From contig CAVSGO010000006.1 in assembly GCA_963727525.1 (NCBI GenBank), positions 224,001-288,000 on the forward strand: DNA of 64,000 nt, given 5' to 3'. Each line of letters begins with the position of its first letter. Position 1 is the first letter of the stretch. Source of the stretch: an uncultured bacterium (GTDB lineage Bacteria > Krumholzibacteriota > Krumholzibacteriia > LZORAL124-64-63). The notes under the pieces are model-generated. The model ran no database searches. It was not told where the DNA came from and was given only the letters and a program-made list of their open reading frames with translations. Position numbers and translations under genes: made by a program. Shown here one piece after another: positions 62,325-64,000 of this stretch.

Positions 62325-63521
62325 ATGACAGTGGCAGCGCAGATCCGCGCACTGGCCGCGCAGTATCGCGCCGATACCGCTGCGGGCCTCGGCCGCCTGA
62401 TTCGCCACCGGTCGGTCAGCGGGCAAGAGCGGGACGTCATTCAGGAGCTGGCGCGCCAGATGGAGGCGGCCGGCTTCGACGAGGTGCGGATCGACGGACT
62501 GGGCAACGTGATCGGGCGTATCGGGTCGGGGCCGCGGGTGCTGGCCATCGACGCGCACATGGACACCGTCGACGTTGGCAACCCCGCCAACTGGCACTTC
62601 GACCCGTTCATCGGTGACGTTCACGAGGACCATGTCCGGGGCCGCGGCAGCGTGGACCAGGAGGGCGGGGCGGCGGCCATGGTCGCGGCCGGGCGCATTC
62701 TCCGCGACATCGGCGTGCCCGCGGACCTCACGCTCCTATGCACCGGCACCGTGATGGAGGAAGATTGCGACGGCCTCTGCTGGAAATACCTCATCGAGGA
62801 GGAGGGGCTGAAACCGGATGTCGTGATCAGCACCGAGCCTACCAACCTCGGCGTGTACCGCGGCCAGCGCGGTCGCATGGAGATCGAGGTGACGTTTCGT
62901 GGGCGCTCGGCGCACGGTTCCGCGCCGGAGCGCGGGATCAACGCGATCTACGCCGCGTCCCGGGCCTGCCTCGAGATCGAGAAGCTCGACGCGCGTCTCG
63001 CGCACGATCCGTTCCTGGGCAAGGGAACCTGCACCGTCACCCAGATGGTGACGGGATCGCCGTCGCTCTGCGCCGTGGCCGATATGGCCCGCATCCACGT
63101 GGATCGGCGTCTCACAGCGGGGGAGACGCGCGAGTCGGCGGTGGCCGAGATCGCGGCGCTGGTGGAGGGGCTCGAGGCCACGGTCGAGGTGCTGCACTAC
63201 GAGGGCCAGGCTTACACCGGCGCGCGCTACGGCATGGAGATGTACTTCCCCACCTGGGTGATGCCCGCCGATCATCCGGCGGTGATGACCGGAGTTGCCG
63301 TGGCCACCGAGCTTTTCGGCGCGCCGCCGGTGGTGGACAAATGGACCTTTTCCACCAACGGCGTCACCATCAACGGGATCCACGGCATCCCCGTGATCGG
63401 TTACGGCCCCGGCGACGAGCGCTTCGCCCATGCGCCCGACGAGCAGGTGCCGGTCGACGACCTCGTGAAGGCTTCGGCCTTCTATGCGCTCTACGCGCTG
63501 AGGCATGCGCAGCCGGCGTGA
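62325..63521 (+). CDS. ygeY: YgeY family M20 hydrolase
   Basis: DAHMDTV, GRGSVDQEGG, TVMEEDCDG, TEPT, YRGQRGRMEI, SAHGSAPERG, KWTFSTNGV, AHAPDE. Confidence 0.92.
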   Translation: MTVAAQIRALAAQYRADTAAGLGRLIRHRSVSGQERDVIQELARQMEAAGFDEVRIDGLGNVIGRIGSGPRVLAIDAHMDTVDVGNPANWHFDPFIGDVHEDHVRGRGSVDQEGGAAAMVAAGRILRDIGVPADLTLLCTGTVMEEDCDGLCWKYLIEEEGLKPDVVISTEPTNLGVYRGQRGRMEIEVTFRGRSAHGSAPERGINAIYAASRACLEIEKLDARLAHDPFLGKGTCTVTQMVTGSPSLCAVADMARIHVDRRLTAGETRESAVAEIAALVEGLEATVEVLHYEGQAYTGARYGMEMYFPTWVMPADHPAVMTGVAVATELFGAPPVVDKWTFSTNGVTINGIHGIPVIGYGPGDERFAHAPDEQVPVDDLVKASAFYALYALRHAQPA

Positions 63522-63539
63522 GCGCTCGCGCCACGCCAA

Positions 63540-63587
63540 GAACCAGACGACACGAACCAGACGACACGAACCGACGACAAGAACCAG
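63540..63587 (+). repeat. Short tandem repeat GAACCAGACGACAC (~3.5 copies)
   Basis: Two perfect 14-mers (63540-63553, 63554-63567), one 13-nt variant, and a partial GAACCAG. Confidence 0.85.
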
Positions 63588-63602
63588 GGATCGTACCACA
63601 CC

Positions 63603-64000
63603 ATGGACACCGAGCTGACCCGCCTCGTCGATCGCATCGCCGCCCGCCCGGTCGAGCTGTACGGCCAGGATATGCTCCTGACCTGGGAGAAGAGCCTCGA
63701 CGCGCTGCGCACTCTGCTCGATGTGGCCGAGGCGCTGCGGCGCCTGCGCGCCGCCGGTGTGAGTCCACGCTGCTTCGACACGGGGCTGGCCGTATCGCAG
63801 TTCCGCGACAACTCCACGCGCACACGCTTCTCCTTCGCGTCGGCGGCCAACCTGCTCGGGCTGACGGTGCAGGACCTGGACGAGGGCAAGTCGCAGATCG
63901 CGCACGGGGAGACGGTGCGCGAAACGTCGGTCATGATCTCGTTCCTCAGCGACGTGATCGGTATCCGCGACGATATGTACCTGGGCGCGGGCCACGCGTA
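63603..64000 (+). CDS. ygeW: YgeW knotted carbamoyltransferase, 3' partial
   Basis: DMLLTWEKS, FRDNSTRTRFSF, QDLDEGKSQIAHGETVRET, IGIRDDMYLGAG; absent from the ORF track because it has no stop in the window. Confidence 0.92.
   Translation, partial: MDTELTRLVDRIAARPVELYGQDMLLTWEKSLDALRTLLDVAEALRRLRAAGVSPRCFDTGLAVSQFRDNSTRTRFSFASAANLLGLTVQDLDEGKSQIAHGETVRETSVMISFLSDVIGIRDDMYLGAGHA

Noticed and set aside
63540-63587. CRISPR array
   Set aside because: Units are 14 bp, directly abutting, with no spacers; no cas genes in the window.

Overview
High-GC bacterial chromosomal segment with about 45 genes. No rRNA, tRNA or CRISPR array was seen. FlgD-Ig/T9SS-type C-terminal domains and short C-terminal 'SWGxxKSxYR' tails suggest an FCB-group candidate lineage such as Krumholzibacteriota, Latescibacterota or Eisenbacteria (inference). 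Housekeeping and metabolic genes: YyaL-like protein, nhaA, nadE, TauE, deoD, single-chain homoaconitase, YgiQ radical SAM, RsmB-like methylase, glgA-like, fbaB, a short rho, a mocA-xdhC-xdhA-xdhB operon, SulP, ygeY and ygeW. Accessory content: an IS1-like element with perfect terminal inverted repeats and a mirrored C/G skew; an HAO-family octaheme cytochrome paired with an internally duplicated His-bearing membrane protein; a papain/alpha-beta-hydrolase fusion; a Ser/Thr kinase; a Phd-ParE pair with a frameshifted toxin next to an orphan ppk1 fragment; several secreted proteins; a rhodanese plus MauE-DsbA redox pair; a hybrid sensor kinase; and a Gly/His-rich RiPP-precursor-like peptide. The best candidates for undescribed biology are (1) the SWGxxKSxYR C-terminal tag as a possible sorting signal, (2) the octaheme plus putative b-heme membrane module, and (3) the orphan YxxP-leader peptide. 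All calls come from motif recognition by eye; no database searches were run.
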